Positions 61,949 through 64,000 of a DNA stretch of 64,000 nucleotides are shown here, piece after piece (the first letter of the stretch is position 1; the number at the start of each line of letters is the position of its first letter). The notes under the pieces are model-generated. The model worked only from the letters and a program-made list of their open reading frames with translations, searched no databases and was not told where the DNA came from. This DNA is from a virus. The position numbers were made by a program, and so were the translations under genes. Location of the stretch: positions 157 through 64,156 of IMG/VR virus record IMGVR_UViG_3300020059_000002; one strand, 5' to 3'.

Positions 61949-62433
61949 ATGTCCACTACCACTCTGATCAGTTCCTCGTGGCGTGCAGCTTCCAGAGCTT
62001 CCCCCCACTGCTCCCCGAGACTTTCCGGAGGGTCAGCGTCGTACCGGAAGATGACGCGGATCAGGGCTTCCTCGGGACGCAGCATAGACCACCTGTGCGT
62101 GTCTTCATCGAACCACCACGCGGTGCCCCCGTTGGGCTGACGGGGGATGTCGCCGCTGAGGATCATCAGGGGTGCGTGGTACAGGTTCACCTCGCTGGCC
62201 ACCTCGAACTCCCGGGCATTGGGCCAGGGTCCCTTGACCTCGATCCAGAACGCCCGGTCACTGTCAGGGAGCACGTGGAAGTCCGGGATGTACATCCCTC
62301 CTGGAAGATCGAAATGGGTTGGCTCGAATTCCCAGGGGAGCCCGAGGGAGTCCAGAGCCGCGCTCCACCTGCATTCCAGGAGACTGCGGAAGGTGATGCC
62401 CGGTCGTGCCGCCCGGCGTGCCCTGATGCTCAT
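61945..62433 (-). CDS. PD-(D/E)xK-like nuclease-fold protein
   Basis: FRSLLECRW...WEFEP...YIPDF...WIEVKG. Confidence 0.75.
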   Translation of the reverse strand: MSIRARRAARPGITFRSLLECRWSAALDSLGLPWEFEPTHFDLPGGMYIPDFHVLPDSDRAFWIEVKGPWPNAREFEVASEVNLYHAPLMILSGDIPRQPNGGTAWWFDEDTHRWSMLRPEEALIRVIFRYDADPPESLGEQWGEALEAARHEELIRVVVDM

Positions 62434-62633
62434 GCCGGGCTCCATCCGCACTGTCCGCAGAACGGGATCACGGAAGAAGCCGTGACCTCCACTCCCAGAT
62501 GTCTGCTCCCGCACCGGGGGCAGTCCAGGAGACTCTTGTTGCAGCGCAGACACACAGGTGAGTGGCCGCCGAACACGTCGGTACCGTCATGGTGCAGCCC
62601 GAGCAGGCACAGAAAGCCTCCGATCGTCTTCAT
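62430..62633 (-). CDS. Small zinc-ribbon protein
   Basis: CLLGLH, CLRC, CPRCG, CGQCG. Confidence 0.6.
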   Translation of the reverse strand: MKTIGGFLCLLGLHHDGTDVFGGHSPVCLRCNKSLLDCPRCGSRHLGVEVTASSVIPFCGQCGWSPA

Positions 62634-63178
62634 CCGGCAGCCCCCTTGGAGATCAGCCTGTCACTGCCCACCGTGGCCAGTTCCAGGAGATCGTTGGGCT
62701 TCCAGCCAGCTGCCACCGCTTCGTCGTAAAGATCCGCAGCCTGGTTCTTCGTCTTGACCACGGACATCCGGATCATGAGTTCGTCAGGTTCGTCGATCTT
62801 CTTCACGATGCTCTTCAGAGGACCGTCGTACCCGTCACGCCCGTAGCTCTTCACGATCCCGAACCCGCCGTGCGCGCTGACCACGTTGCCCGGGAGCGTC
62901 ACCCAGTCCCCGATGGCCAGGTCCGTGCCGCGCGGTACCTCGTAGGCGTAGGTGCGCGCAGTGGCTCCCGCGATCCGCACCTGTACGACTCTGTCCCCGA
63001 ACGGTCCGTAGTACCTGGCGTCACGCTCGTGCGCCGTCTCGGAGCGCTCGCTGTTCATCGCGTCCAGCTCCCGGGCGGTCGGCTCGCGTCCCCGGTCCTC
63101 TGACGCGTTCAAACCGGCTTCCGCAAACGTCTCCTCCACACCCCAGTGAGTGTTGTTTCCGTCCATGCTGTGAGTCAT
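62630..63178 (-). CDS. Hypothetical protein
   Basis: AAAGGGA RBS before ATG 63178. Confidence 0.7.
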   Translation of the reverse strand: MTHSMDGNNTHWGVEETFAEAGLNASEDRGREPTARELDAMNSERSETAHERDARYYGPFGDRVVQVRIAGATARTYAYEVPRGTDLAIGDWVTLPGNVVSAHGGFGIVKSYGRDGYDGPLKSIVKKIDEPDELMIRMSVVKTKNQAADLYDEAVAAGWKPNDLLELATVGSDRLISKGAAG

Positions 63179-63336
63179 GATCCCTTTCCAGTCTTCCGGA
63201 TCTTCAGGTTGAGCCACAGCACAACCCCGTTTCCGATCATTGCCACAGCACTGATTCCGATTGCCCACCAGTCGTGCATGATCCCTTTTCCTGTCTCTCG
63301 TCTGTTCGAATCATACGGTCTTCCCGTACCCGGACG

Positions 63337-63999
63337 TCAGTCTTTGCGGTAGCAGTCACCCCAGGTGTCTCCTGATCTTGAACTTCCGAAGGTGAAGGGG
63401 ACTCCCTTGATCTCCTGGGTCATGTCGGAGATCACCATGCGCTTGATGTCCTCTACGTCCTCTTTGGGGATACTCATCACGATTTCGTCATGAACGATGA
63501 CCCTCAGATACTTGATCAGTTCCGGATGGTTCCGTTTCATCCTGAGCAGTCCCTCAGCGATCACATCCCGCGTCATGGACTGTCCGAACCCGGCAGGGGC
63601 CTGGGTGTACTCGTGGCCTTCGTCGCACCGGAAGTGCCGCCCGAATCCGTTGTCCAGGATCGCTCTGTCCTGTGCCGCCCTGCGCACCTCGTGCTGCCAG
63701 TCCGGAACCGTACTGAACTGCCTCCGCATCGATTCGTCGATCCGCTCGGCTGCTCCCTCCGGAAGCCCTGGAGTCTTGGCCAGCCCGTTGACTGAGCGGC
63801 CGTACAGCCACCCCAGGTCACAGCTCTTGGCGTGGAACCGGCACGGGTCGTCGTGACGGCCGAACGCCAGGTCGCTGATCTCGTTGTGGATGTCCCGTGA
63901 CGGGTCCTGCATGATCTCCAGCAGTCCCGGGTCCTGGGAGTGCGCCGCGACGCACCTGATGTCCACCTGGTCCGCGTCGAAGCACACCAGGACATGACC
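63337..63999 (-). CDS. polA: Family A DNA polymerase, C-terminal part (5' beyond window)
   Basis: Motif A DADQVDIR, motif B RFHAKSCDLGWLYG, motif C VHDEI. Confidence 0.9.
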   Translation of the reverse strand, partial: GHVLVCFDADQVDIRCVAAHSQDPGLLEIMQDPSRDIHNEISDLAFGRHDDPCRFHAKSCDLGWLYGRSVNGLAKTPGLPEGAAERIDESMRRQFSTVPDWQHEVRRAAQDRAILDNGFGRHFRCDEGHEYTQAPAGFGQSMTRDVIAEGLLRMKRNHPELIKYLRVIVHDEIVMSIPKEDVEDIKRMVISDMTQEIKGVPFTFGSSRSGDTWGDCYRKD

Positions 64000-64000
64000 T

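Overview
About 64 kb of a GC-rich actinobacteriophage genome, most likely a Streptomyces-type siphovirus and possibly a temperate phage-plasmid. The + strand arm (1-21255) holds a glycosyltransferase/epimerase/methyltransferase cluster, then a Streptomyces-plasmid-like transfer module (Spd-like membrane genes, TraB/FtsK-type ATPase, clt-like repeats). These are followed by small genes separated by conserved hairpin+RBS repeats, four tRNAs, tRNA-like RNAs, WYL, two orphan DUF397 genes and WhiB. The standout feature is at 16154-17676: nine stem-loop units (CCA-9 nt-[C/T]GAAACCCA-like loop-9 nt-[C/T]G) flanking an IS110-C-terminal/Nop-like protein with no RuvC domain. This matches a TIGR-TasA RNA-guided system, and one unit lies inside an upstream ORF. 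The - strand arm (21252-64000) holds a glycosyltransferase, GH25 endolysin, tail, tape measure, head, portal and TerL, whose intein nests an out-of-frame HNH gene. It continues with tRNA-Pro, an Rpf-NlpC/P60-LysM protein, a sortase-anchored Excalibur protein, a probable TerS, a ParB-methyltransferase and the 3' part of a family A DNA polymerase. No integrase, repressor or parAB pair was recognised in the window. All family calls come from motif recognition by eye; no database searches were run.
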